This document shows, piece after piece, positions 1 through 10,447 of a stretch of 64,000 nt of DNA (position 1 is the stretch's first letter; every line of letters begins with the position of its first letter). This DNA is from a bacterium (GTDB taxonomy: Bacteria; Bacteroidota; Ignavibacteria; UBA10030): contig JAZDJN010000016.1 in NCBI GenBank assembly GCA_043803945.1, positions 160,001 to 224,000 on the forward strand, written 5' to 3'. The notes under the pieces are model-generated. The model made no database searches and was not told the DNA's origin. It saw only the letters and a list, made by a program, of their open reading frames with translations. The translations under genes were made by a program, and so were the position numbers.

Positions 1-1
1 G

Positions 2-571
2 CAGCTCCTCAGGCAGAGAGGATTCCGGATCGTTCAAGACCTTCAGAATTCTACCGTCGAGCAGCTAACTGAGATCCTCGGGTCAAACGGAAACTGGATT
101 CGGACAGTTGCCCTCGGCCATGGTTCGACACACGTAGAAACCGAACATAAACGAAAAAGCATCGGCAATGAACGGACTTTTTCAAAAGATATCTCTGATT
201 GGGATGCACTCGAACAAAAAATGTTCCCGCTCGTTGAGAAAATCTGCTCCAGTGCCCGTTCCAGAGGATGGCGGGCTAAAACTGTCCGGTTAAAGCTGCG
301 ATACTCCGATTTCAAAACGACCACGCACGAACAATCCGTTGCACCGACATACGACGACCCCTATGTTTTCCATATCGCAAAAAGGCTGCTCCGCGACTCC
401 TATACAAAGCCGTTGCCAGTACGCCTCCTCGGAATTACACTCACTAATTTCGTGGATGAAGCGGAACCAGAGCTCTTCCCATCCAATCTGAAAAGGGATC
501 GGATGCTCACTGCCGTCGACAAACTCCGCCAACGATTCGGAGATGATGTCATTCATATTGGCCAGGTGTAA
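2..571 (+). CDS. dinB: DNA polymerase IV (Y-family), 3' part; 5' end outside window
   Basis: Frame open from position 2; RKSIGNERTF, TVRLKLRYSDF, VRLLGI and AVDKLRQRFG match the DinB little-finger/C-terminal region. Confidence 0.92.
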   Translation, partial: QLLRQRGFRIVQDLQNSTVEQLTEILGSNGNWIRTVALGHGSTHVETEHKRKSIGNERTFSKDISDWDALEQKMFPLVEKICSSARSRGWRAKTVRLKLRYSDFKTTTHEQSVAPTYDDPYVFHIAKRLLRDSYTKPLPVRLLGITLTNFVDEAEPELFPSNLKRDRMLTAVDKLRQRFGDDVIHIGQV

Positions 572-747
572 TAGATGTCAGCAATCATACCATTGAACAA
601 CTATTAATTTCACCACTTTTTTCAATCATTGAAAGTACCTATCTTTCCTGTGCAAGGAGTGTTGGTGACCTATGGTGGGAGACACAACAAATGCCAAACT
701 CTGTGGTAGTCTCAATGACTTCACATATTCATTGAGTAGAAAAGAAG

Positions 748-3700
748 GTGATAAGAGGAAGAATGAAAGAAAGCCTCCGTTCTGATCAAACAGAACAGAT
801 ACAACACCAAAGCCAAACTCTGCGGAATATTCTCTTCGCCATCCTAGTGGTGATTCTCATTGCTCCCTGCTTGTGGTTTGCTCTCCTCCACATCGAAAAT
901 TCGATCAGGGAGAAATCGACAGAGCAACTCAGCACGTTTGCTGCTTCGGCTGATCTCTCACTCTCTCAGTGGCATGATCGTCAGACAGCCGAAATCAAAA
1001 GTCTCGCAGACTCTCTCGATGTACTCGCACCGATTCGACTATTGCACTCCATCCAGCACACTCAGGAAGCGCTGCTAAAAAACAACGCTCTCGCTTCTCT
1101 CCGGACAACCATGCAGCGATTTGTCAATCCATCGACTAACCGGATTCTCTCTATTCTTGGATCCGATTCAATCACGATCTTTTCATACCAAAACGACGAG
1201 ATCGGAAGAATCAGCCAATTCATCCAAAGCGATGCAACTATTCTAAAAAGAGTCCTTGCTGGTAATTCATTCTGGACATTTGTTTCTGCGGATCAAACGT
1301 ACCGACCACAAGAATCTGCCGGCCGAATAGCCTTAATGCTTTACGCTACACCACTCCTGGATGAAAATGGAAAACCACTAGCCGCACTCCTGGTGGGACT
1401 GAATCCTGATAAGGAATTTTCAGCATTGTTCCAACTCAGACCAACAGGAGCAACCGGAAAACTCACTGCAATCGATAGGCAGGGAAAAATTCTTTTCACA
1501 AGTTCAAAACTCAGTGAACCTCTCAGTAGTTCTACGCCAGAGATCAGTAAAAGCGATTCCGGAATGAAGATCTCCGGGTATAGTGACTTCCGGGGAGTCA
1601 CAGTGCTCGGTGCCTGGCGATGGAATCCAAAGCTCAACATCGGTCTCGTCGCTGAGATTGATGAGGAGGAAGCAATAAGCGCCATCCCCGAAATCCGGTT
1701 GATCATAATTGGGATGATCATCCTGACCGCACTGCTGCTTATCGTCTTTTTCGGAATTCTCCTCCGTGAACGAAAAATAATGATGGAGCAAATCCAGACG
1801 GAACGTGGGGGATTGGAGCGAGTACTGACAGAACGTACTTCAGAACTTTCCACTCAGAGGCAGGCAGCAGAACGACACCTCAGCACATTGAATGCGATTC
1901 TCTCCACCATGCCAGATTTCATCTATATGAAGTCCATAGATGGAAAATACCTCCTTTGTAACGAGGCCTATGCACAATTTCTAAGAAAGGCCCAGCCGGA
2001 AATTTTTGGCAAATCAGATTTCGATCTATTTCCATTCGAGACGGCGAACTCAATCATGGAATCCGATCAATTGGTTCTGACTAATAACCAAACGTACGAG
2101 CATCAGGAATGGATTGAATTGCCGGATGGGCAAAAACGATGCATATTAACACGTAAGATTCTACACCAAAGCAAAGATGGAAAAATAAACACACTGATTG
2201 GGATCGGCCGTGATATTACCGAGCTTGCACAACAACAAGAGAGCGTCAGGCAATTGCAGCACTATGCTCAAGACTTGCTGGAATCATCGAACGATGCAGT
2301 GTTCCTCATTGATCCTTCCCTGAAGATTCTTTCCTTCAATAAACAGCGCGAACCGCTCTTCGGCTACACCCAGGAGGAACTCTCCGGGAAACATCTCTCC
2401 GATTTATTCCCTTATCAATCAGGGAGAATCGAAGCGATGACCTCGGCAGCTCCGACCAACGATGCAATGGCATCCGCGGAGACCATGGAACTGACAGCAC
2501 AGAGAAAAGATACCAGTGAATTTCCCGCACAAGTCAGGATTATTTCAACCATCACCAACCTGGGGCCTCTCTTCATCGTTTCTGTCTGCAATCTGAGTGA
2601 TCGAATTCATCGGGAAGCACTTCTTCGCCGAAGCACTGAGGAGATTGATCTTCTCCGTGAAGCGATTCAAGACGGTCTATGGGAATGGGATCTCAGAACA
2701 AATGAGATATGCTTTTCAAAACCCTGGCACGTCCTATTTGGCTTTGGAGAGGACGAGAGTCCAAAATATTTTTCATCCTTCGAGGAACTCATTCACCCCG
2801 ATGATCGTGAACGAGTTCAACAAGAATTAACCGACTACACCGAGGGAAAGACCTCAATCTACAATTCTGAATACCGCCTTCAACGGAAGGATGGCACGTA
2901 CGGGAATATCCTCGCGCGGGGTAAAGCATTACGCGACTCGCATGGAGTGGCATTTCGAATGGCCGGCACCCATCAGGATATCAGTGAACGCATTGCTGCC
3001 TCCAATGCATTAGCCAGTGCACAGCACGAAGCAGCTTCTGCAAACCTGGAAAAGAATGTCTTTCTCTCGCTGATGAGTCATGAAATTCGAACACCGATGA
3101 ACGGGATCATCGGAATGACAGGACTGCTCTTAGAGACAGAGCTTTCGCATGAACAACGCGAATATGCAGCCACTATCCAGAAGAGCAGTGATGACTTGCT
3201 GACCCTGATGAATAATATTCTAGATTTCACGATCCTGGAAGCTAACCGGTTAGAGCTTGAACATCAGCCATTCGATGTCACTGATTGCGTCGAACACGCC
3301 ATCGATGAGGTCACTGCTGAAGCACAGGCGAAAGACCTCAATCTCGCATTCCTCGTTGAAAAAGAAGTACCTCATATCTGTATGGGAGATAGCAAACGGC
3401 TTCAACAGGTACTCCTCAACCTCCTCAAGAATGCCGTCGCCTATACAGATCAGGGCGAGATCATGTTGACCGTCCATGCCGAAGAGACCTCGATCGAAGC
3501 AGATGAATTTTCACTCTACTCTCTCCATTTCTCAGTACAGGATACAGGAATCGGTATTTCCCCGGAGATGCAGCACTCCATCTTCCAGGCGTTCACACAG
3601 GCCGATGGTTCGACCACCCGGCGTTTTGGTGGCATTGGACTTGGTTTAAGTATTTGTAAACACCTCGTGGAACTCATGGGTGGATCATTGTGGATTGAGA

Positions 3701-4980
3701 GTGAAGTCGGCAAGGGTAGTACATTCCATTTCACCACCAAGGCGCAGTCGGGCTCGATGGCAGATCATTCCGAATTACGAGGAAGCGAGTCGCAGCTTCG
3801 TGGGTGCCGGGTACTCATCGTTGATGACAATCCAACAAACCGTTATATCCTCCGAAAGCAAACCACCTCATGGGGGATGATCCCGCACGAAACGGGTTCA
3901 CCTCTGGAAGCACTGGAATGGATTCGAAGAGGAAATCCATTTGACCTGGGGATTCTTGACATGCAGATGCCTGAAATGGACGGGCTGATGCTGGCAGCGG
4001 AAATCCGGCAACATCGTGATTCAACAGCCATGCCGATGATTATGCTTTCTTCGGTCGGCAATCAAAGCCTAGGCGCTAAATCAAAATTATTTACTGCAAT
4101 CCTCTCAAAGCCGATTAAAGCATCGCAACTGTATAACATTCTGATTGAGACTCTGCCCTTGCGACCGGCTCCCGAGTATGCAGAAAACTTCCCTCTTGAT
4201 GAAAAAATGGCACATCAACTCCCCCTCCGGATTCTGCTGGCAGAGGATCACATTGTCAATCAGACCGTCGCGCTGCATCTGCTTAAGAAGTTGGGGTACA
4301 CCGCGGATGTCGTTTCGAATGGTCTCAAAGCATTGGAGGCACTTGAACAGCGGCAGTACGATGTCCTCTTTATGGATATCCAAATGCCGGAGATGGATGG
4401 ACTTGAGGCCACCCGTCAGATTCGAAAACAGTTCTCTCCGGATCAACAGCCGAGAATTATTGCAATGACCGCACACGCTCTGGATGAAGACCGTATGGAG
4501 TGCTTTGCAGCGGGAATGGATGATTACCTCCTGAAACCGATCAATATTGAACAACTCCAGCAATCGCTTGCCCAAATGGCACAAACAGCAGATGCCAAAA
4601 GGGACGATCCTCTTCCGCTGGAACCAGTGGATGAGCCGATCGACTGGACGGTACTGGAGCGATTACAAATTCTTCAAGGTGAGGATGATCCGAGATTTCT
4701 TCAAAGGCTGCTCGAGGATTATGTAAAAGAAACGCCAGAAAGCATGGAACGCATTCAGCTCGCAATGCTCAACGGTGATGCTGAAGATATTCTCCATCAT
4801 TCCCATATTTTACGAATGGCAAGTTATCGCATTGGCGCACGCTTCATGGGCCTTCAATGCGAGAAGCTGGAGCGGCTCGCACGCGAACATCGTTTAAAGA
4901 ATATCGGCACAATCGCAGAGGAATTGCTCAACCAGTTTGAGCGGGTCGATCACATGGTCAGGACCAGATTCTCGTCATAG
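748..4980 (+). CDS. Membrane hybrid sensor histidine kinase (2 TM/Cache-like, 3 PAS, HisKA, HATPase, 2 REC, Hpt)
   Basis: H-box MSHEIRTPMNGIIG, DTGIGI and GLGLSI G-boxes, two receivers (LDMQMP, MDIQMP), C-terminal Hpt-like HILRMAS; start could be ATG 763. Confidence 0.93.
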   Translation: MIRGRMKESLRSDQTEQIQHQSQTLRNILFAILVVILIAPCLWFALLHIENSIREKSTEQLSTFAASADLSLSQWHDRQTAEIKSLADSLDVLAPIRLLHSIQHTQEALLKNNALASLRTTMQRFVNPSTNRILSILGSDSITIFSYQNDEIGRISQFIQSDATILKRVLAGNSFWTFVSADQTYRPQESAGRIALMLYATPLLDENGKPLAALLVGLNPDKEFSALFQLRPTGATGKLTAIDRQGKILFTSSKLSEPLSSSTPEISKSDSGMKISGYSDFRGVTVLGAWRWNPKLNIGLVAEIDEEEAISAIPEIRLIIIGMIILTALLLIVFFGILLRERKIMMEQIQTERGGLERVLTERTSELSTQRQAAERHLSTLNAILSTMPDFIYMKSIDGKYLLCNEAYAQFLRKAQPEIFGKSDFDLFPFETANSIMESDQLVLTNNQTYEHQEWIELPDGQKRCILTRKILHQSKDGKINTLIGIGRDITELAQQQESVRQLQHYAQDLLESSNDAVFLIDPSLKILSFNKQREPLFGYTQEELSGKHLSDLFPYQSGRIEAMTSAAPTNDAMASAETMELTAQRKDTSEFPAQVRIISTITNLGPLFIVSVCNLSDRIHREALLRRSTEEIDLLREAIQDGLWEWDLRTNEICFSKPWHVLFGFGEDESPKYFSSFEELIHPDDRERVQQELTDYTEGKTSIYNSEYRLQRKDGTYGNILARGKALRDSHGVAFRMAGTHQDISERIAASNALASAQHEAASANLEKNVFLSLMSHEIRTPMNGIIGMTGLLLETELSHEQREYAATIQKSSDDLLTLMNNILDFTILEANRLELEHQPFDVTDCVEHAIDEVTAEAQAKDLNLAFLVEKEVPHICMGDSKRLQQVLLNLLKNAVAYTDQGEIMLTVHAEETSIEADEFSLYSLHFSVQDTGIGISPEMQHSIFQAFTQADGSTTRRFGGIGLGLSICKHLVELMGGSLWIESEVGKGSTFHFTTKAQSGSMADHSELRGSESQLRGCRVLIVDDNPTNRYILRKQTTSWGMIPHETGSPLEALEWIRRGNPFDLGILDMQMPEMDGLMLAAEIRQHRDSTAMPMIMLSSVGNQSLGAKSKLFTAILSKPIKASQLYNILIETLPLRPAPEYAENFPLDEKMAHQLPLRILLAEDHIVNQTVALHLLKKLGYTADVVSNGLKALEALEQRQYDVLFMDIQMPEMDGLEATRQIRKQFSPDQQPRIIAMTAHALDEDRMECFAAGMDDYLLKPINIEQLQQSLAQMAQTADAKRDDPLPLEPVDEPIDWTVLERLQILQGEDDPRFLQRLLEDYVKETPESMERIQLAMLNGDAEDILHHSHILRMASYRIGARFMGLQCEKLERLAREHRLKNIGTIAEELLNQFERVDHMVRTRFSS

Positions 4981-5166
4981 TCATCCTCCATGCGTTTGTG
5001 TAGAATTGGAAAATAGTATCCATGGAATCAGTGGCGGAGCAAGGTGGTACGTCTTTGTTTTAAGAATTATGCGCCTTCTGAGCGTCCTGTAAAAATTGGA
5101 AGTATTCAAATCTTTGTGCATCTTTAAGAAAAATCGAGCTATTCAATCCCATCAGAAAAGTCATAA

Positions 5167-6042
5167 ATGAAGTCAAATCCACTGGCTGAAGTTTTTGGAT
5201 TTCCAATTGACAATCAAACCCCTGAAGCCGAGCGCTACAGGAAGAACAAGCTCTGCCCATTCAACAATAAGGTTCCATCTTGTACTAAGGACAAGGCAAA
5301 CGAGCCTTTGGGAGTGTGTAGTATCATTGAAGAGGACCAGCCAATTATCACTTGCCCAATTCGCTTTCGTAATGACTGGCTCATTGTCGAGGATGCAGCC
5401 CAATTCTTCTTCAAGGGCGATTCTGCTTGGACTTCAATTGCAGAGGTTAGACTGACCGACAAGGACGGAAACACAACTGGCAACATCGACCTAGTCCTCA
5501 TCTCATACGATGGACATGGCCGCGTTTTGGATTTCGGCTCGCTAGAAATCCAAGCTGTTTATATCTCCGGAAATATCCGACGGCCATTTGAGCAGTTTAT
5601 GATTACCCGACAACGTTCAACAGTGTTCTCTTGGAATGGCCCGAATTTCCCCAAAGCTGACTTCTTATCTTCCTCACGGAAGAGACTTGCCCCACAAATG
5701 TTGTACAAAGGCGGAATCCTGAAGGCTTGGGGCAAGAAACAAGCAGTGGCTTTGCAGACCTCGTTCTTTGAGACTCTTCCAAAGTTGAAGGAAGCTCCTG
5801 CATCGAAGGCAGATATTGCTTGGATGCTCTATGATCTAAAACTTGACAAGAAGAATAATCGATTGAAGCTCACACAGAACAAGATCATCTATACTGAATT
5901 TAAGCCAGCGCTCAGACGAATAACAACGGTGGAGCCCGGCAAGATTGATGATTTCATCGAAGTACTCCAACACAAACTTGATGAGAAACTCGAAGGCAAT
6001 CCGCCAGACGCGCCGACGCTCACCGACATCATACTCACCTAG
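5167..6042 (+). CDS. NotI-family type II restriction endonuclease
   Basis: AEVFG N-terminus, four Cys (CPF, CTK, VCS, TCPIRF) as in the NotI Fe-Cys4 site, GNID...LEIQAVYISGN nuclease motif, SSSRKRLAPQ. Confidence 0.85.
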   Translation: MKSNPLAEVFGFPIDNQTPEAERYRKNKLCPFNNKVPSCTKDKANEPLGVCSIIEEDQPIITCPIRFRNDWLIVEDAAQFFFKGDSAWTSIAEVRLTDKDGNTTGNIDLVLISYDGHGRVLDFGSLEIQAVYISGNIRRPFEQFMITRQRSTVFSWNGPNFPKADFLSSSRKRLAPQMLYKGGILKAWGKKQAVALQTSFFETLPKLKEAPASKADIAWMLYDLKLDKKNNRLKLTQNKIIYTEFKPALRRITTVEPGKIDDFIEVLQHKLDEKLEGNPPDAPTLTDIILT

Positions 6043-6052
6043 TAAGGATCAG

Positions 6053-6925
6053 GTGAAAGAACAACTAGTTCTATTCGGTGCGGCAAAGCCAAAGGTCATA
6101 AATGTAGCTTCCGTTCCGCAGAGAAGTCCGTTTAGGTATCCTGGCGGTAAGACTTGGCTCATTCCCTACATCCGCCAATGGCTGTCTACTTTTGACTCCC
6201 AGGGCAATGAACTCATCGAGCCATTCGCTGGTGGTGGAATCGTTAGCCTCACTGCCGTCGCTGAAAAAAGAGTGCGACGTGCTTTTATGGTTGAACTTGA
6301 TGAAGACATCGCAGCCGTTTGGCAGACCATCCTGAGCGAGGATGCACAATGGTTTGCCGACAAGATTATCTCTTTCTCTGTAACTAAGTCCAATGTTGAA
6401 TCGCTTCTTTCCAAAATCCCATTACGTCAACGAGAGAGAGCCTTTGCAATATTGCTTAAGAATCGAGTGAGTCATGGCGGAATCCTTGCCAACGGTGCAG
6501 GATTGCTTAAGCACGGTGAGAATGGAAAAGGGCTACTGTCTCGCTGGTACCCTCAGACACTGCGAAGCAGAATACTAGACATTCAGAACTATAAATCGAA
6601 CCTTAGATTTGTTTGCGCAGACGGATTTCAAGTACTCAGAGACAACGCAAAGAGAAGCGATGTCCTGTTCTTCATTGACCCACCTTACACGGTAGCAGGA
6701 AGAAGACTCTATCGCTATTCCGATATTGATCACACGGAGTTGTTCCGTATTGCAGCAACACTTCGAGGCTCCTTTCTAATCACATACGACAATGCAGATG
6801 ATATTAGAAAATTAGCTGATGCCAACGGATTCCAGATAGCACAGATTCCAATGAAAGGTACTCATCACACAGTGAAGACCGAACTGTTGATAAGCAGAGA
6901 TCTATCTTGGCTTAGGATCATCTAG
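6053..6925 (+). CDS. DNA amino-methyltransferase (Dam/D12-like, alpha class), partner of the upstream endonuclease
   Basis: SPFRYPGGK, EPFAGGG (motif I), FIDPPY (motif IV); GTG 6053 with TAAGGA RBS preferred over the ORF-track start 5945. Confidence 0.9.
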   Translation: MKEQLVLFGAAKPKVINVASVPQRSPFRYPGGKTWLIPYIRQWLSTFDSQGNELIEPFAGGGIVSLTAVAEKRVRRAFMVELDEDIAAVWQTILSEDAQWFADKIISFSVTKSNVESLLSKIPLRQRERAFAILLKNRVSHGGILANGAGLLKHGENGKGLLSRWYPQTLRSRILDIQNYKSNLRFVCADGFQVLRDNAKRSDVLFFIDPPYTVAGRRLYRYSDIDHTELFRIAATLRGSFLITYDNADDIRKLADANGFQIAQIPMKGTHHTVKTELLISRDLSWLRII

Positions 6926-7030
6926 TTTAAGTAACCGCCCAAACGGGCACATCACACACGCAACAATGATGACTTGACCATGGTTCAAGCATCCTCTTTC
7001 AATTCTTAAATCTTCTGAGCATGAGTACCA

Positions 7031-7843
7031 ATGGCGCGGTTCAAACTTTATATCGAATATGAAGGCACTCGGTACAGCGGATGGCAGGTACAGAAAAATT
7101 CCAGGACTGTTCAGGGTGAAATCCAGAATGCCTTTCACACTGTGGTCGGGCCTCAGCCTATTGAACTTTATGGCTCTGGACGGACCGACGCCGGAGTTCA
7201 TGCACTGCTCCAAATAGCCCATGCAGAAGTGAAAACTTCATTCGCACCGGAAATTCTCCGGAGAAAAATTAACGACGAATTACCCGCCGATATCACCATC
7301 CTCGAAATCGAAAAGGCGCATCCACAATTCCATGCTCGTCACGATGCCGTTGCTCGAAGCTACCTCTATCAAATATCACGGCGCAGGACCGCCTTTGGGA
7401 AGCGCTACGTATGGTGGATAAAAGATCCGTTAGATATTCGCTCTATGAAAAAGGCAGCAGCACTCTTTCCGGGATTGCATAATTTTCAATCATTTACCGA
7501 CGATGACCCCGAGGAGAAATCTACTAAGGTGGAACTGAAAGAGGTTCGGATCCAGGAGAATAATGATTTGATTCTGATAAGAATTGTCGGCTCACATTTT
7601 ATCTGGAAACTGGTCAGGAGGATTGTGGGAGTTCTTGCAGAAGTTGGCCGGGGAAGCCTCTCCGTAGACGAGGTGAGCAATCTGCTCAGGATCCGTTCGG
7701 ATCTTCCCGCAAAGTTGACGGCACCTCCCTCTGGATTATTTCTCGAAAGAGTATACTACCCGGGAGAGGCACAGCTTCAAACGCTGGAACCAGCCATCTC
7801 CCCGGGAATTTCATTCGCAGCCATTTGTCGAAAATTGAAGTAG
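7031..7843 (+). CDS. truA: tRNA pseudouridine(38-40) synthase
   Basis: IEYEGTRYSGWQ, GSGRTDAGVHA, TAPPSGLFL motifs. Confidence 0.95.
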   Translation: MARFKLYIEYEGTRYSGWQVQKNSRTVQGEIQNAFHTVVGPQPIELYGSGRTDAGVHALLQIAHAEVKTSFAPEILRRKINDELPADITILEIEKAHPQFHARHDAVARSYLYQISRRRTAFGKRYVWWIKDPLDIRSMKKAAALFPGLHNFQSFTDDDPEEKSTKVELKEVRIQENNDLILIRIVGSHFIWKLVRRIVGVLAEVGRGSLSVDEVSNLLRIRSDLPAKLTAPPSGLFLERVYYPGEAQLQTLEPAISPGISFAAICRKLK

Positions 7844-7846
7844 GAC

Positions 7847-7875
7847 TTGCCGAACTCATTATTTTTCTTTACAAT
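7847..7875 (+). promoter_or_regulatory. Sigma70-type promoter TTGCCG-N17-TACAAT
   Basis: Near-consensus hexamers with 17-bp spacer upstream of ORF 7949. Confidence 0.6.
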
Positions 7876-7948
7876 CGAGGCAGTGGATCTGCCTCACTAA
7901 CACTGGTTCATTCATTCTCTATTCACAGTTTGTCGGGAGCCGAGTTCT

Positions 7949-8227
7949 ATGGACTATGATACGATGCAAACGTTCGCGTTTATCACCATGGGTGGTTTTA
8001 TTATTTACCTTGGCGGAAGATTGATCGGTAAGATTCGCCAATATAAACCGCTCACAGATGATGAATTGGCTAAAGAAGAGCATCGAAAGGCCTCCATACC
8101 TTCCGAACTCCAAAGCCTTGAAATTGAAGAGCCGGAATCCCTTGAAGCGAATTCAAAACCGACAAGAAAACCTTCTCCGAACCAGACTCAGCAACCGTCA
8201 AATTCCAAAAAGCCCCAAAAGAACTGA
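7949..8227 (+). CDS. Small single-pass membrane protein, hypothetical
   Basis: N-terminal hydrophobic helix then charged, low-complexity tail; promoter upstream; stop overlaps next ATG. Confidence 0.6.
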   Translation: MDYDTMQTFAFITMGGFIIYLGGRLIGKIRQYKPLTDDELAKEEHRKASIPSELQSLEIEEPESLEANSKPTRKPSPNQTQQPSNSKKPQKN

Positions 8228-8475
8228 TGCCCGGCATTAAACTTACACTACCGACGTCATACCACTTTATAGCAATTCAGTATCGGTCGCAGGCACACTG
8301 GGGTGATCAGGTCTCGATCGATCTCGCGGTTACAGACTTTTCCTCAGCAGCATGCGATATTTACTATCGCCTCGTGAACCGGATGACACAAAAGGAAGTC
8401 GCTCGTATAAAAACGGGCATAAGTTTCTTTGATTACTCTTCACCTATGTACAACGATCAATCCAAATGTAGATGA
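8227..8475 (+). pseudogene. Hot-dog acyl-CoA thioesterase (4HBT-like) with an internal in-frame deletion
   Basis: IKLTLP..YHF start fused directly to AIQYRSQAHWGD...CDIYYR...KEVARIKTGISFFDY; the usual VR..D...GHxxN catalytic segment is missing. Confidence 0.65.
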
Positions 8476-8537
8476 AGACAGGCTGCTCAGTCTTACCAAA
8501 CTGAGCAACAACCGCCGATCATGAAAGGAATTGATGT

Positions 8538-10349
8538 ATGCGTACCACGTTAGCATTAAATACACCTCATAACAGATTAATTGGATCTATGCCAAAAATT
8601 GGTATACGCCCCGCGATTGATGGAAGAAGACAGGGTGTTCGGGAATCGCTCGAAAAAGTCACCATGGGTATGGCAAAGAATGCCGCTAAGTTTCTTCAAT
8701 CCAATCTGCGCCATGCCAATGGTCTGCCAGTCGAGTGTGTTGTCGCCGATACCTGCATCGGTGGTGCGGCTGAATCTGCACAAACAGCCGAGAAGTTTGC
8801 GCGCGAAGGAGTCGGTGTATCCCTGACAGTGACCCCATGCTGGTGTTATGGAGCAGAGACCATGGATATGGATCCTCTTCTCCCAAAGGCAATTTGGGGA
8901 TTTAATGGAACGGAGCGTCCTGGCGCAGTTTATCTGGCAGCGGCACTTGCGGCACATACCCAGAAAGGATTGCCGGCATTCGGTATCTATGGTCGGGACG
9001 TGCAAGATACCGGTGATTCTGAAATTCCAAAAGATGTTCAAAAAAAACTCCTCCAATTTGCCAAGACCGGCCTGGCTGTTGCAGAGATCCGGGGGAAATC
9101 ATATCTGGCGATGGGAAGTGTTTCAATGGGAATTGCAGGCTCCATCGTCGATCATACATTCTTCGAAGATTATTTTGGTATGAGGGTGGAAACAGTTGAC
9201 ATGACGGAGTTCGCACGCCGCATCGACCGCGGCATCTACGATACGGACGAGCTTGAGCATGCAAAACAGTGGGTGAAAGCATTTTGCAGGGAGGGAAAAG
9301 ATTATAATCCAACAAAGGTGCAGAAGAGCCGCGGAGAAAAAGATCGGGATTGGGAGTTCGTCATAAAGATGGCGATGATCGCACGCGATCTGATGGTCGG
9401 CAATCCAAAGCTGGAGGATCTCGGTTATAGCGAAGAGGCGCTCGGGCACAATGCCATCGCAGCCGGATTCCAGGGACAGCGGCAGTGGACTGATCATTAT
9501 CCGAATGGAGATTTCCTGGAGGCAATGCTGAATTCATCGTTCGATTGGAACGGCATTCGCGAACCCTATATTATGGCCACAGAGAATGATTCATTAAACG
9601 GTGCCTGTATGCTTCTAGGTCACCTGATAACAAACTCTGCTCAAATCTTTGCCGATGTGCGAACCTTCTGGAGTCCGGAATCAGTGAAGCGTGTCTCAGG
9701 CCATAAACTTACCGGCGATGGTGAACATGGTTTCATTCATCTCATCAACTCAGGAGCAGCGGCGCTCGATGGGTGCGGCCAACAGACACGAAACGGAAAA
9801 CCGATGATGAAGCCGTTCTGGGAGATTGCTCCTGCCGAAGCACAAAAATGCCTTGAAGCGACAACATGGTTTCCGGCGATGCTTGAATATTTTCGAGGAG
9901 GAGGCTATTCATCGGGCTATCTGACAAAAGGGGGAATGCCTGCGACAATGTTCAGAATCAATCTCGTAAAGGGGCTTGGTCCTGTGCTCCAAATTGCGGA
10001 GGGCACAACGCTCGAGCTCTCTGAGAAAATCGATCGCCAGCTCGAAGAACGGACAAACCCAACCTGGCCAACGACATGGTTCGTTCCGCACTTGACCGGT
10101 TATGGTGCCTTTCGCGATGTCTATTCTGTGATGAACTCCTGGGGAGCCAATCACGCAGTGTTGAGTTACGGACATATCGGATGCTGTCTGATGACACTCG
10201 CATCGATGCTCAGAATACCGGTACATATGCACAATGTGCCTGAAGAACGAGTGTTCAGGCCCAGCGCTTGGAATTCTTTCGGAACGTCCGATCCCGAAGC
10301 TGCCGATTTTAGAGCGTGCAGGAATTTTGGATCGTTATATGGGAGATAG
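8538..10349 (+). CDS. fucI: L-fucose isomerase
   Basis: [60 protein letters not shown]. Confidence 0.97.
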   Translation: MRTTLALNTPHNRLIGSMPKIGIRPAIDGRRQGVRESLEKVTMGMAKNAAKFLQSNLRHANGLPVECVVADTCIGGAAESAQTAEKFAREGVGVSLTVTPCWCYGAETMDMDPLLPKAIWGFNGTERPGAVYLAAALAAHTQKGLPAFGIYGRDVQDTGDSEIPKDVQKKLLQFAKTGLAVAEIRGKSYLAMGSVSMGIAGSIVDHTFFEDYFGMRVETVDMTEFARRIDRGIYDTDELEHAKQWVKAFCREGKDYNPTKVQKSRGEKDRDWEFVIKMAMIARDLMVGNPKLEDLGYSEEALGHNAIAAGFQGQRQWTDHYPNGDFLEAMLNSSFDWNGIREPYIMATENDSLNGACMLLGHLITNSAQIFADVRTFWSPESVKRVSGHKLTGDGEHGFIHLINSGAAALDGCGQQTRNGKPMMKPFWEIAPAEAQKCLEATTWFPAMLEYFRGGGYSSGYLTKGGMPATMFRINLVKGLGPVLQIAEGTTLELSEKIDRQLEERTNPTWPTTWFVPHLTGYGAFRDVYSVMNSWGANHAVLSYGHIGCCLMTLASMLRIPVHMHNVPEERVFRPSAWNSFGTSDPEAADFRACRNFGSLYGR

Positions 10350-10447
10350 TATTCACCCATCCTGAGATTTCATAATGCGGATTCCTTGTAACTCTGGTAT
10401 TTTCTGATATATTTACTCCAGGAAAGAACAAGAATTATTCCTAACGA

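Noticed and set aside
6926-7030. attC-like or att site after the methyltransferase
   Set aside because: Only short hairpins (GCCC-AAAC-GGGC, TTGACCATGGTTCAA); no RYYYAAC/GTTRRRY pair or flanking direct repeat
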